Origin: Eukaryota sp. TZLM1-RC | Taxonomy: Eukaryota > Protista > Metamonada: BaSk clade | Assembly: GCA_040285825.1 (NCBI GenBank) | Contig: JAUPSS010000008.1 | Coordinates: forward strand, 1,240,001-1,304,000 | DNA: 64,000 nt | Direction: 5' to 3' | In this document: piece after piece, positions 1 through 11,949 of the stretch | Position numbering within the stretch: position 1 is the first letter of the stretch | Layout: each line of letters opens with the position of its first letter | Translations under genes and position numbers: made by a program | Notes under the pieces: generated by a model | Databases searched by the model: none | Seen by the model: only the letters and a program-made list of their open reading frames with translations | Told to the model about the DNA's origin: nothing

Positions 1-240
1 TTGGTTCACTTGCTCCAACGGCTATACGTTTTTTGGCAAATGCTGAAATGATTGTAAAAAGAAGAATTAACAGACATTTCAACAGATTGTTTTGGCAAAA
101 TAGAATTGTGTTTTCTATTTTTAAGGGGATGTTGAAGGTGGTTTCTGATGCTTTGCTTTCTCTTGGATCGCACTAAAAGAGATTTGCATCTGGCTGTTTT
201 GTTTTGAGAGAGTTGGATTATTTAGATGCTGATTTATAAG
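1..240 (+). mobile_element. 3' end fragment of RLE-type (CRE-like) non-LTR retrotransposon
   Basis: Translates GSLAPTAIRFL...FWQNRIVFSIFKG...LDYLDADL*, matching the C-terminal RLE tail of other copies in the window (11684-11947, 35753-35956); an AATAAA-like tail follows. Confidence 0.7.
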
Positions 241-262
241 TTTTCTGATAAATTAATATAAT

Positions 263-1565
263 TTAAACAAATATTCCAAGTTTTTTTTCTTGCACCACGC
301 TGCAGGTTTTTTCAGACATAGTTGAAGAATATTCAGGCCCTTCCTCAGATTCAGAAACATAAGGTAAACTTATTTCAATCAGATACTCTTGGAAGCTCTG
401 ACTGCAATTGGTATCAGGGGTTGCTTGAGTGAGAGGAGGAGGATGATTTGATTTTCGTTCTTTGAATTTAACAGTAAGCCAAAAACCGCAGATACATGTG
501 CAGAATTTCGAAAAACACCAGAAGTCCAACCACAAAGATTGCTGTGGTTGGGATCAATATCTAAAATAAGCAAATTTTCATCCGGATCTCGACAATTGGG
601 CTGTTCATCCACTGGTAACTGCGGTCTCCGCTGCGAAATAGCTTTTCTATGGACATTGCATTTTCTTTTCCTTTCAGAGTTATGAAAATCATAATTTCCA
701 GAGACACGCTTCGACTCAAATTCCGCTTTAGTCGGGCGAATATATGTTTTTCGCGCTTTCTGGGTGAAGATGAACCGCAAAAAAGCACCATTGACAAAAA
801 TGGCATAGTTAATAAATTTTGATTTATGAAAAACCGATAAGGGTTGTTCAATAGCTATTTGGTTTCATTTAGCTTTTTGAAAGAAGATTCGGCGTTTTTA
901 TCCAAACTGCAGGAGCATGAAGACCAACTGGATAAAGGCGAGAGAGAGTGCCTTTTCATAACCTCAGTGCAGTTATCTTCTAGAAATGATAAAGTATTCA
1001 GTCCTGACTAAAAGATTGTGGTTGTAGTTTCCATATTGATAATAAATCGTTTATTTCTGATTGAGGTTTCCAACATATTTTGACCCCCACCAAAATAGGC
1101 ATTTGCTGACAAATTTAGCCATGAGTCAAAATATGCTGGTGGAATTCTTGATAGCAATGTGAAATGGTATCATCCGGCTGAAAATCTTGATGTACACACT
1201 GAGTGTACTTTTTGGGATTAGGGCAATTAAAACACAGGGCACAGCTCTTAAAAAATTGTGTTTCCAAACAACAGGGCCGTCAGCACAACAACTGGCAAAA
1301 AGCTTCCCTCAGTTGAATGGATCTACTGCCAAGGAGACTGGAATTGCACCAGAATCTACCACCGTCGGCTGACGTGGTTTCATTCAGTGGATGCCAAGGC
1401 CAAAAGTGCTGAACGAGATGTTGCAGTGCTTGAAAAACCCGAGGATGGTTTTCGGATGGACTTCTTTGTTTGAGTTCTCTTTCCACAAACAAAGTCGAAA
1501 CAGATGCTCCAGAACTGGCTTTGATTAACCCGCATAGACCACAGTTCCTCACACAGCAGTACCAA
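263..1565 (-). pseudogene. Fanzor (TnpB-like) pseudogene, family A, frameshifted and truncated after RuvC-I
   Basis: Fragments across frames (QSQFWSICFDFV, VWKHNFLRA, NCPNPKKY, LNNPY, LLILDIDPNHSNLCG) are collinear with the 33060-34899 protein (QHQFWIECLDLV, SWKLNFFRS, NCPAPATY, LKNPY, FWAIEPNHSNLCG). Confidence 0.75.
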
Positions 1566-2567
1566 TCAAGACTCCAACTGACTGAATCTCAAGTTGAGGA
1601 AACAAAGTCTGAACTATCCAAATCTCAAGTACTTTTCTCTTCAAGATCTTTGGCTATTCCAGCCGAAACACCATTTGTTATTGTAATGTATCATCAACTG
1701 CAAGATGCTCAAAACATGGTCAAAAAAACAATTGGAGAAGGAAAAGTTGAAGACCTATTTGCAAAAAATTGACAAAGTTCTTGAAGAAAAACAGTCAATT
1801 CTCACTTTATTACAAGAGTCTTGGTCGATGAGCGAAGTTACCCAAAAAGCTATAACCAGTCGACTAAGAGAGTCCTTAGAAGCAGTTGCTCTAGAAGTGT
1901 TTAATTTCACATTTATTGGCTCTGATTTTCTGATTGTGGGTCATTTTCTTTTTATTGAACTAATAATTTGTTCTTCATTCCCTATTGAAGCATTTTCTCC
2001 GACATTATTAGTAACGTCATTGCCGTCAATTCCATTAAAGGCTTGAGAAACTTCCTCCGCAACTTAGTCCATTCTTTATTTTCGAAATCAAATTCTTTAG
2101 TTCCGTTGTGGATATTTAAAAATCTTCCTTTATTTGAAGTAGTTTCAACAGGATTAAGATTTGCTTTAATCAGACCAATAGTATTGTTTTTTTTGCCATA
2201 ATCATTAATGTTGATTGTTGATTCCATATCTTTTGAAATTTTTGAAATTTTGTAAGAGTTGAAATTAATTTCCTAATATTCATGTTCATGTATTTTTATC
2301 TGTTTTGTGTAAGAGAATGCTTACATTGATTTAGTAAGAATGTATTTCAATTTATTCAAAATTCAAAACAAAATTCTGCTAACTTTATAAAGGCAAGGCA
2401 TAGCTTTTGTAAATAATCTGTGTATAAAATTTAAGCTAGAAGATTGATAGATGATAAATTATTAAATAAATCAGTGAAAAATACTGCACTCCATAAACAA
2501 AAAATGGAAAATCTAAAGGCCATCAATTCACTCTTTCATTTGACTTGAGAGAACTCATCTGAATTTC

Positions 2568-3698
2568 ATGAGCTACTACTATGACGATGATTTTGAAAAC
2601 GAAGATGGTGTTGATGTGGACGTAGACGTTCCAACTCCCAAATCCATGGTGAACAACTCTCCTAGGAATATCGAACAAGAAATACCTTTCGAATCCCCAG
2701 TCCTAAATGAAACACTTCCCAAACGTTCTCCCATCATTGCAGATGATACTGAACTTTACAACTCTAACGACAATGTACAAACACGTTCCCCTTCTCCTCC
2801 CAAAAACCTCCCTTCACATCGCTCTACGGGCGCATCCCGTCGTTCTTCTAAGCCCACAAAGATGCCGAGGCGTACCTCTGCTCGTTCCTCAAGCCGTAAT
2901 ACTATCGATTCTTCCTCAATGGCAAACAGGCTACGTATTGCTGAACAACAAGCTGACAGGCTTCGCAGGGAAAACAAAGCTCTGAGACGAAAATATGACT
3001 CCCTTGCCGGAGCTGATAAATTAATAACTCTAGAAAATACTCTAAAGGAAAAAAATAAACTCATAGAACAACTGCAATCTGAGCAGAAAGTTCTTCTCGC
3101 AATCCAACAAAAGCAATCAAATGCTCTAGCCGCACCTGATCACGTTTCAGACCAGCTAGAAAGGTTAAACGAAAGTGTGAGGGTGTTGAAAGAGCACAAC
3201 AGAAGCTTAAAGGTCCAAAATACCAATAACTCACAGACTATTCAGCGACAAGTTGCAGAAATAGGAGCTTTGAGGGAAAAACTTGATCAGAAGAAGAGTG
3301 TTCAGTCGAGAGATCCTGCAGTTGAGGTTAATACTGAAGATTTGACAATTTTAAAAGAAAAACTTGAGAATAGTCTAAGAGAATTAAATTCTGTGAAGAA
3401 AAGTCGAGATTCGGTAGTCAAAAGGTACAAATCTGAATTAAATGTTTCCAGACAAAATGAAAAGAAGCTTTCTGCTAGAGTTGATGAGTTGGAATCACTT
3501 GTCAACGAGCAAAACAAAGAATTAAGCAAGTTGAGAGATTATTATCAACGTTATGTTCATTTGAGGAAAGCGGCAATACAGAGAAGGAAGGAAAAGGCAA
3601 CTGATGATGTCGAGGAGGTTGATTCACCGTTAGTTGTCAATCAAGAAGTTGATTTTAGTGAAGGAGAAGATATTGAGAGTCATGATGTAGGATGTTGA
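2568..3698 (+). CDS. Coiled-coil protein, lebercilin/LCA5-like ciliary protein (tentative)
   Basis: 376-aa intact ORF; S/P/R-rich N-terminus, then a long coiled coil containing QLQSEQKVLLAIQQKQSNAL, resembling the lebercilin domain. Confidence 0.55.
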   Translation: MSYYYDDDFENEDGVDVDVDVPTPKSMVNNSPRNIEQEIPFESPVLNETLPKRSPIIADDTELYNSNDNVQTRSPSPPKNLPSHRSTGASRRSSKPTKMPRRTSARSSSRNTIDSSSMANRLRIAEQQADRLRRENKALRRKYDSLAGADKLITLENTLKEKNKLIEQLQSEQKVLLAIQQKQSNALAAPDHVSDQLERLNESVRVLKEHNRSLKVQNTNNSQTIQRQVAEIGALREKLDQKKSVQSRDPAVEVNTEDLTILKEKLENSLRELNSVKKSRDSVVKRYKSELNVSRQNEKKLSARVDELESLVNEQNKELSKLRDYYQRYVHLRKAAIQRRKEKATDDVEEVDSPLVVNQEVDFSEGEDIESHDVGC

Positions 3699-3839
3699 CC
3701 TTTGTACACAATCATTATTTAAATTATCAATTTAAATGTAAAATAAATAATTTTTTTGAAACGATAATATGGTGATTTAAACAAATAAACAATCATTTTC
3801 TGTATGCTTTTTTTGATCTTGTACTCCAATTTTTTTGCC

Positions 3840-5750
3840 ACACTCACTGGTCGTTGCAGTACCATTGGTCTACAATTATCATGAATATGAGATTACGTAA
3901 TCCTGTACATGTTCAGAGTACTGTTAACGTGCCTATCCCAGATTCAAGATTCACTATTTTGACAAAACAAAAGTATCCATGGTAAAAGACTAGTTTACCA
4001 ATATCTATTTTAGATTACAATTTTGTTGTGTTTCTTGGATTTGTTTTCATTACCAATAGCTTCATCGTATTTCTGCTTTTTAGCCATCCGCATATCACTT
4101 TCGAGTCATTTCCTCCATTGCTTAATCCTTGTGTACCTGTTAGAATCTTTTACTATTCTAGCACATTGGGTATTACCCTCTGGAATCTTTACAACACAAA
4201 TAAAATTACATAGTTTACAGATACAATACTTATCTGCTAAGTAGCGTGGATTACAAGGTTTTTGAGAATTATCCGTCCAACAATTGTGTTGTTGTTTGCT
4301 ATATATTTGATGCCATAATCAAAAGCTCATTACATCAGCATCGGCATACAATTGGGCTTTTAAGCAGTTGATCCTTTTTGCGCTACTATGTCATCAAGTT
4401 ACATATTTCTAAAAAGTTTGGCTTCTCAAAAATGGGTCTCGGTAAAAGAGGTAAAGGTATTCATCATAGAGCAATTTTATTTTGATCAATCTAGATATTT
4501 TGTAAAGAAGAATGATAATTTATCAGAAAGTCCTCTAACAGAGACTTCAAATTGAGTAACATTCAAATTGAATTGTTGAAATTAGAAAGTTGGATGAGTT
4601 TTAATGACTTCTTTCTTCATCAATAAGTTTTCTGACAGTTTTAGTTTTTGAAGTGTTACCACTACTTATCATTCTGAAAATGATTGATTATATTTCTGAG
4701 GGGGACTTTCTGAATAATATTTGTTTTGAAGTTAGTTTCATTATTCAGCAGTTTGAGAATCAATGATCAGTGTGTCTGTTCATTCCTGATTAGTTCCCTT
4801 TTTTCATTGAATGACTTTGCAGGCTTATCTCTTTTCAAATTATTCCTTACGTTTCACAAATATTGGTACCTTTAGACTCCATAACACTCATCTGAGTAGC
4901 ATTAGATTGACTAATCTACTAGTTTGATTCCTCAGAATTAGGAATTTTTAACTCTGATACGAGAATTGCTTCATATCTACTTGGGTCAATGTCAGCAATT
5001 TATTTGTTCCTTTTTGGCGTGTATTCGATTCAAATATAACAAATTTTCTTTCAGCTTTGATTGATGTCCAAAATTCAATAATTCTAATTCATTTCTGTGT
5101 TTGTATTTGGTGCTGTTCTTTATGGTTGTATATGACCAAAAAAGGGTTAATTTTTTCTATACCAGTACTTGAATTCCAAAATTCGTTCCATACCACTTTG
5201 TTTAATGGTATAGAAAAAAGCGTCTTGGGTTCTCAGAACAAATTCGTTTCATACCAATCAGTGACGAGTGACGTGAGAGGGTCAATCATACAACTACTTG
5301 TACATATATCCTATCATCCGGTCTTTACGTTTTCTTCGTACATGACTTTCGTCGATAGCTTCTTTTTTTGTGTTATAAACGTCTTAATCATATCCCAAAC
5401 TCTTATATACTTTTATAAACAAGAACCAAATTCAATCTATCGACGTTATATATAACTTTTCTTCCTATTAACAAATGGACGACCAGCTCTGCGTTTTCGA
5501 ACAGGAGGACTCAATGTTGGTTCTAAATCTATCTATTGATCTCTGCTTCGAAGAGATCAGCGGGGCTGTAGCTCTTATTTAATGTCAGCTTTTCTGTAAA
5601 ATATGGGTGAATGGAAATAAAGTCTGTATTAGCATGTTTGTTGGTCAGCTGTTGTAACTTTCGACATGTATGAGGCCGTAAAAAAATGATGGTCCATTTC
5701 TCACGGTGATCTTTAGTGCAGACAACAAGAAATGTACAAGAAGATTAGCT
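3840..5750 (-). pseudogene. Highly decayed Fanzor pseudogene, family D (not in the ORF track)
   Basis: Manual minus-strand translation gives motifs in the correct order: SLVTDWY (TDG-like, ~5260), IADIDPSR (RuvC-I, ~4990), FDYG (~4320), LADKYCICKLC (RuvC-II, ~4225), YHGYF (~3980), IWDRHVNSTLNM (RuvC-III, 3908-3943), RPMVLQRP (~3860). Confidence 0.65.
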
Positions 5751-5962
5751 ACATATGACTCTACAGCGCTTTTGGTCACTGTGACTGTACTTTACTTCCC
5801 TTCGGTCCAATAATGAATCGTGGATTAAACGGAGCTTAAAATCGCTCTTGGTGTCAAAGGTGGGATAGAAAGGGAGTGCATCGCTCAATTGATTGAAGTG
5901 GTATAAAACGAATTGATGTGGTATGAAGCGAATTGTATTTGTTGGTGAGTGGTAGTAAACTA

Positions 5963-6510
5963 CACTTATGCCTGTAATTAGTCTCACTGTGACTAATTTT
6001 GTACTCAGCATTTTCAATGTCCAGGACAATATTAGTCTCAGTGAGACTATTTGTGCACTGAGACTAAATTTGTCCTGATGTTCCGAAGTAATAAGAACAT
6101 TTTATTTGGTCGAACTATTCTAATACATAGCAATCATCATCATCTCCTTGCAAGGATTGCGGAGCTCAACTCTCGCAAATGCTCGGAGGATAGGGGACCC
6201 TGAAAAAATATTGTTCATTAACAAAGGATAGGAGCTACTGAAAGGAACAAACTCGAAAGAATACAATCTTTTATATGTGTATAATACCACACTATAGTTA
6301 CGTTTTCATAGGTGAATGTTCCCTGAAAAAGAGATCGTGTTTACTGTTGAGCTATAACATCCGTTGCAAACTTTATCAAATGGCAAATATTTTGGACAAT
6401 ATTAGTCTCACTTGTGGAGTTTGGGACACTTCTTGGACAATATTAGTCTCAGTGAGACTAATTGTGCACTGAGACTAATTTTGCACTGAGACTAATTACA
6501 GGCATAAGTG
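5963..6510. mobile_element. Tc1/mariner-type MITE
   Basis: Perfect 24-bp terminal inverted repeats CACTTATGCCTGTAATTAGTCTCA / TGAGACTAATTACAGGCATAAGTG; TA on both flanks (5961-62, 6511-12); multiple subterminal TAGTCTCA/TGAGACTA repeats; no transposase. Confidence 0.9.
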
Positions 6511-7386
6511 TAATTAATCCCACCAGAGAAACCACTTCTTCAACAAAGAGCTATTGCAAACGTTGTCCTGTAAGGTTTCTGAAAAATGGTTCTATGCTGC
6601 ATGACATCTTAAAGGTGTATGATAATCATGGTCATCAACAACGTTGACAACTTCTGTGTCTTGTTGAGAACTGTCCATGGAGAAGAAGTTGACAAGGAAT
6701 TGTACATGGATAGATTATTGTACACTTCAATCTTATACTTAGCACAAGCAATAAGTTTTAACAGTTTGTTTTTGGATTTGTCATATTTTCAAACTAATCC
6801 AAGCTATAGAATCAATTTTCACCTCTCTGTTTTCCTAATGCTATCAATTTTAAAATGAACTTATTCCTGGGTGCTTTGTAAATTGTTCAATTTGATTTTA
6901 GAAGAGATACCCATATTTATGGTATAATCAAAACATAATTGTTGGCTGTGGAGTTTGATGTTGAAAAGTATTGATTGATCACATCTTCCCAACAGCAGTT
7001 GTCACTGTTTTCATGAAAAGTTCAAAAGTAACGAATTTCTAACCAAAAGAGAAGCTGCACTTGTAAATAGATAACAATACTTGACGCTATCGGACATTGC
7101 TTTGTTTGCCAAGAAAACACATTGAACATTATTATTTTCTGAGAATCTAGTTGAAATTTCTGAATCAGCATTCTTAAATGAACAACCATATCTAGACTGC
7201 TATTCCTCTGAGGACAACTTTTCTACAATGACGAGTGTGGTGTTCAATTATCCATCCTAATCTAATCTGTCTATTGATATTAACTTCAGAATTCAAAATA
7301 AATTTACAGAAAAAATTTACAAAAACCAGATAAATTTAAAGACGATAAAACAAAAAATTAAACTTAAATGAAAGCTAAGAACATAA

Positions 7387-8637
7387 TTAATCAAACAAAA
7401 TAGAAGGAACACCCCCTGGAGAAATTAGTTCATTAGTAAAGTCAAACGAATTCCGTTCTGGATGGTCATAATTAGACAATAATGAGCGAATCACATCATC
7501 TTCCGGAAGGTGATTACTTTCCAAAAGAGGAAGCACAGTGACAGCCAGCTTATTAATTATCGAATATTGAATTTCAAAATCTTCTGAATTTTTAATAGTT
7601 TTTGAATCAATAATTTCAAAGTATTTTGCCACAAATAAGTTACATAACCGGCTAATTGAACAAATGAAGGGCACGACTGTATAAATAAACCTTATAGTAG
7701 GCTGTTTGAAAACATCTAAAACAAACGGATTTTCTAATTTCTCCTTATTAAATAAATATTTAATTAATTCAATAAAATTGGAATAGAACCTAAAGCAATT
7801 TCTATTCGAAACAACACAACTAAACATTGACCAAGACCAAATCAAAGTAGATTTCTTTGGTATAGTGATGACCATGTTAATACTGGGTATATGGTCATGC
7901 GAGACAGGGTCGTTGATTTTAAAGGACTTTGATTGGCAAAATTGATTGAGGTTGGTTGATTGGTTGATTGGCATGATCAACGACCCACAAGAAACGGAAA
8001 CTAGATCTGAATCAGATTTTTTAGAAGAATAACAATCCATGTGAAGCTGAAAAACAACCGAAAATTCTGTGAATCTTTTCGGGACAGAAATGATAATCAA
8101 ACCCTGATTTGATTGGTCAAAAATCCAAACAAACTTGTTCTTTTTCTGTTCCAAATGACCTTTGATTGTGTGTACATTGGACAGCAGCTCTTTATTTTGA
8201 GAAAGATCGTTTACGATGAAAGCACTGATATAGACATTCGTGACAACAAGATTGGATGGATGTGCCACATCTATAACCTTTGCAAGTTTGAATTTGAGAC
8301 ATAGAGGTGCATCATTAGGAAATTCCTTGAAGTGAGCAGAGTCATTGAACAACGGAGTAAAGTAGGAAACAGGTGGATGAAGTAGAGAGGAAAGAGAAGG
8401 AGAGTCTGTGAAGGGGTGAAAAAGTTTTAGATTACCAGGTAAATCAAATGAAGGTGATTTGGATTGATTATTGGTGACAGGGGGTGGCGACATAGGAGTA
8501 GACATCTTGGGAGTTGCCAAAGGGGATTCTGTATCTTTAGCAGAAGGTATATCATGGTCTTCAGCTATTAGCTCGTCATAGTTAGTTTGAGGTTCATCCT
8601 CAGAAGAATAGTTCAAAGAAACGTTTGGAAAAGACAT
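7387..8637 (-). CDS. NPHP1: Nephrocystin-1 C-terminal (NPHP1 homology) domain protein
   Basis: LLSNVHTIKG...WIF and VSCG motifs resemble NPHP1 VLSNIHTVRA...WTF and LSCGW; first ATG at 8637. Confidence 0.55.
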   Translation of the reverse strand: MSFPNVSLNYSSEDEPQTNYDELIAEDHDIPSAKDTESPLATPKMSTPMSPPPVTNNQSKSPSFDLPGNLKLFHPFTDSPSLSSLLHPPVSYFTPLFNDSAHFKEFPNDAPLCLKFKLAKVIDVAHPSNLVVTNVYISAFIVNDLSQNKELLSNVHTIKGHLEQKKNKFVWIFDQSNQGLIIISVPKRFTEFSVVFQLHMDCYSSKKSDSDLVSVSCGSLIMPINQSTNLNQFCQSKSFKINDPVSHDHIPSINMVITIPKKSTLIWSWSMFSCVVSNRNCFRFYSNFIELIKYLFNKEKLENPFVLDVFKQPTIRFIYTVVPFICSISRLCNLFVAKYFEIIDSKTIKNSEDFEIQYSIINKLAVTVLPLLESNHLPEDDVIRSLLSNYDHPERNSFDFTNELISPGGVPSILFD

Positions 8638-9649
8638 AGAAAACACAGAAATGCCAAATGGTTGTTATTTGGAAAGATTACTGGAGGATGTAGATGAAGT
8701 GAATTAAGTCAAATATAAATTAAAAATATGAAATCAATTGCTACAACATTATCTTCACCAGCTTTCAACCAATTTCTCCTCCAACCTCATCAACTTCTAG
8801 TACAACGACAGGTTATCTATTGTGAACAGTGGGAATTGTGGAATAAGTATCAATTCAATTCAGAGTTCACAACATAATAAATCAGAACTACAGATTAACG
8901 TAATCACAAGGGTACATTTGCTGTTTATGGAAACTTCAGTAGCTTATTTTGGCAGAATAAAGGCTTGTTTTTAATTGATTAAAATTAAACAGTTTCTTAT
9001 GCAATGCTTCCTCCAGGGGAGATGGATTATTTAATTGTTGATTTAAATGTTGTGCAAGACGTTTAATTTAAAAAATACTCTTCTTGAGTTACTTCCAGTC
9101 ATCAATTTGTTACAATGACGACAAGCATCAGTGTCCTTCGTTTCAATATGAACAGTTGAATGATTCACACCCAGGATTTGCAATAGGGGTCGTATTTATG
9201 TTGGTCAAGACTAGACGAAAACGGAAAAATAGAAAACAAAAAGTATTCGAACACGTGTTATTTACCCTTTACTGCGTTCAAATATTTTTCAACCAACAAT
9301 CAAATCCTTGTTACAGTAGAGGAGCACTTCAAACTGTGATGTACTCACAATTTAGTGTACTATTTGGTGAAAGTTTGGAACAAAGTCTTGTATATTAAGT
9401 GCACTTTATCACACACTTATGTTATATTAAATAACAGAAACCATTTTCAAGATGGATTCACAGTTTAAGGAAATAAACATATTTTAAGCATTTGGACACT
9501 TATGTGGAAACAAGTGCCCACGATGCTTTTGTCTAATCCACACAAAGAACTAATTCAGAATTGTAATCATCAGGTTTTTATAATTTTGATTCGTTCAATT
9601 TTCAGCAATTTGCTTCAATCGTTACCTTCATCAGTAACTTACAATTTTT

Positions 9650-10890
9650 GTTAACAATTTTACACAATACGTACTAAATTTTTGGCTTATTTAATGTCAG
9701 TTGATCCATTTTGGAAAATCTTGTTTTTCTGAGGTTGAACTTGGCGATGTTGGTTTCAACTCATCAAAGCTGCGTTTATTAGTGGTGGAAACAATTTTGT
9801 TTTTGAATTTTCTAGAAGATACCGTTTTGCCGAATATGTTCCTGAAACAACAAATAGTCTATTTCTGCTTAACTTCAAACGAAGTATCAAAATTATCTCC
9901 TGAGTTATGGCATTCATGTTTCCCTATACGATTCCAGAAAAAAGTTTGTCTTCATTGAAAATTGCGTTGAAAAAATTGCAGAGACATCTTTTGAACAAAT
10001 TTGAAAGTAAAGATTTTATTGTTCGACTCAGCACGGCTAAGAAAGAAAATCCTGCTTTTGCAAATGTTTTGATTGATTTGAAGGAAAATTCATCTGCAGT
10101 TTTGTTGAACCAAATTCCCCAAATTTATAGGTTATTTTTAAATGACGACCAATGAACTACTGCCATGAGAATGCGTTGCTATTTATGGTCTTGCAATTTG
10201 ATCATCAAGCTGTTTTGCAAATGTGGAGCTGGTTTGACATTATCACATTTATTCAATTGTAACAGATATATTTCTTTTCGTTCCACTATGCATGATGCTG
10301 TCAGAGGTCAAGTCCATGCAATGTGTAATTTCCATCAATAAGTTCTATTGAATCATTTGTAGAACCGTTGTAGAGGTCTCTTGATATAAATGAAAACGTA
10401 AGAATTTCAAAATATGGAAATCAACGTGCCGATGTAGTTGCATCCTCATTTGATGATGTTTTGAATGTTGTCGATGTTGAAACCGTGGATGTTTGCAAGA
10501 AAATTGCCTTGAAAAATGGACAATCCGAAGTATCCCCCCTTTGATGACTTCGAATTGTACAAACGGAAAAAATGTGTAAAACCTTTGAAAGAATTGAAAC
10601 ATCTTCGCCATGTGGATAACGAAATTTGCCCATTTGCTATAACTTGTATGGACGTCTTGGAAAAACTGCCATGATTTTTATTGATGGTTTTAAAAATCTG
10701 GTAAAACAAGAATGAATGGGCGTTTTGATCGTCATTTGTGGTTAGATCGTAATGTTTTTACTAGTTTCAAAACAATTGTTATAAATGAGCTCGAAAGCGT
10801 TGATGACTGTCAGTGCACATTACGAAAACATTGTTGCAGTACGGTTTGCTGGTGAGGAAGCTTGTTTTGAAAAAATTGTTGTCTAGATTA
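9650..10890 (+). mobile_element. Decayed 5'-truncated RLE non-LTR retrotransposon (family 2)
   Basis: Closely similar to 30760-31700; CKCG...HLFNC zinc knuckle, RSTMHDAVR, QRADV and ICPFAI RLE motifs; many stops. Confidence 0.8.
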
Positions 10891-10929
10891 TATTTTTGAA
10901 AATACATTAAATTTAAAAAAATTTCAGCA

Positions 10930-11260
10930 TTAGTTGATTTACGGGTTTTTGTGAATCCTTTCTCAAATAATGTGAGATGATACCATAATACCGAGATTCA
11001 TGGAGTTTAGTGTCCCCTCCCCTGTCTTTTGATATATGACCTTTTCCTTCACTATTCATCACAGACTTTGCAATAATCACAACGTATACAGGTGTAATGA
11101 CTCCACCATCTTTTTCTGCTGCTTCAAAACAAATTTAACAGAAAACTTCATGTAATACCGTGGAGCGTTTACGTTTTGCCAAACAAAAGTATTACTCCTT
11201 CAACATCTTATCCAAATGGTCGCCACTAAAAAATGCTCCCAGGTAGAGCAGATTGATTTA
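10930..11260 (-). mobile_element. Possible pogo/CENP-B HTH transposase fragment
   Basis: Minus-strand frame FEAAEKDGGVITPVYVVIIAKSVM...GGDTKLHESRYYGIISHYLRKDSQKTRKST loosely resembles the CENP-B-type HTH of pogo transposases. Confidence 0.3.
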
Positions 11261-11683
11261 TATTATTATACTATTATATAAATATTTATGTATAAATTTC
11301 TATTTATTATACAGATTTATGGTGATCCTCTGAAACGTTTAGCCTCCTGTTTCTGCTTATATAAGGCAAATTGTTATTTGAAATTGCCAAGGTCACATCC
11401 AATTGACAACAATTTATTTCCACCTAGGACCTCTGTAGTACCTTGATATGCTCCCTGGGACACACAGGCAATGTACATTATTTTGATTCCTGATGAATGA
11501 AATTACACGAAAAAATCTGAAGCTTTTCTTGGAGGAGATATTGAAAACTTCCAACATGAATATTGGAAATGGATTTTTCGAACAGGTAAAAGCGCTTCCC
11601 AACAACAAGATTTTTTTTAAAACTTATTTTTATTCAAACGAAATTGTTAAAAACTAAAAGTCAATTTCCTCAAACTACACATC

Positions 11684-11947
11684 TTACATTGAAAATTTAC
11701 CTACAGCATTTTCATGATAAAATTTTCCTAGTGATAACAACGAGCTAGAAACAACGCTATACATTCTTTTAAAAATAGAAAATACAATTCTGTTTTGCCA
11801 AAATATTCGGTCACATATTCTTCCGGTTCTATTTTTGACAATAGATGAAAAATCGTTTATAACAAATAACGCAGTTTTATCCAAGGTTCCAAATAAAGAA
11901 AAAGCAAAAGGACAAAGAAGGTATTGAGTATGTGAGTTGGAATTCAA
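11684..11947 (-). mobile_element. RLE non-LTR retrotransposon 3' fragment
   Basis: CPFAFSLFGTL...FWQNRIVFSIFK, the C-terminal RLE motif shared with other copies. Confidence 0.7.
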
Positions 11948-11949
11948 CA

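Noticed and set aside
1570-2230. Short ORFs with coiled-coil or basic character
   Set aside because: Fragmented with no recognisable motif; cannot be assigned
5963-6510. Repeated palindromic units as a CRISPR array
   Set aside because: Units are irregularly spaced, occur in both orientations and sit inside TIRs with a TA duplication, so this is a MITE
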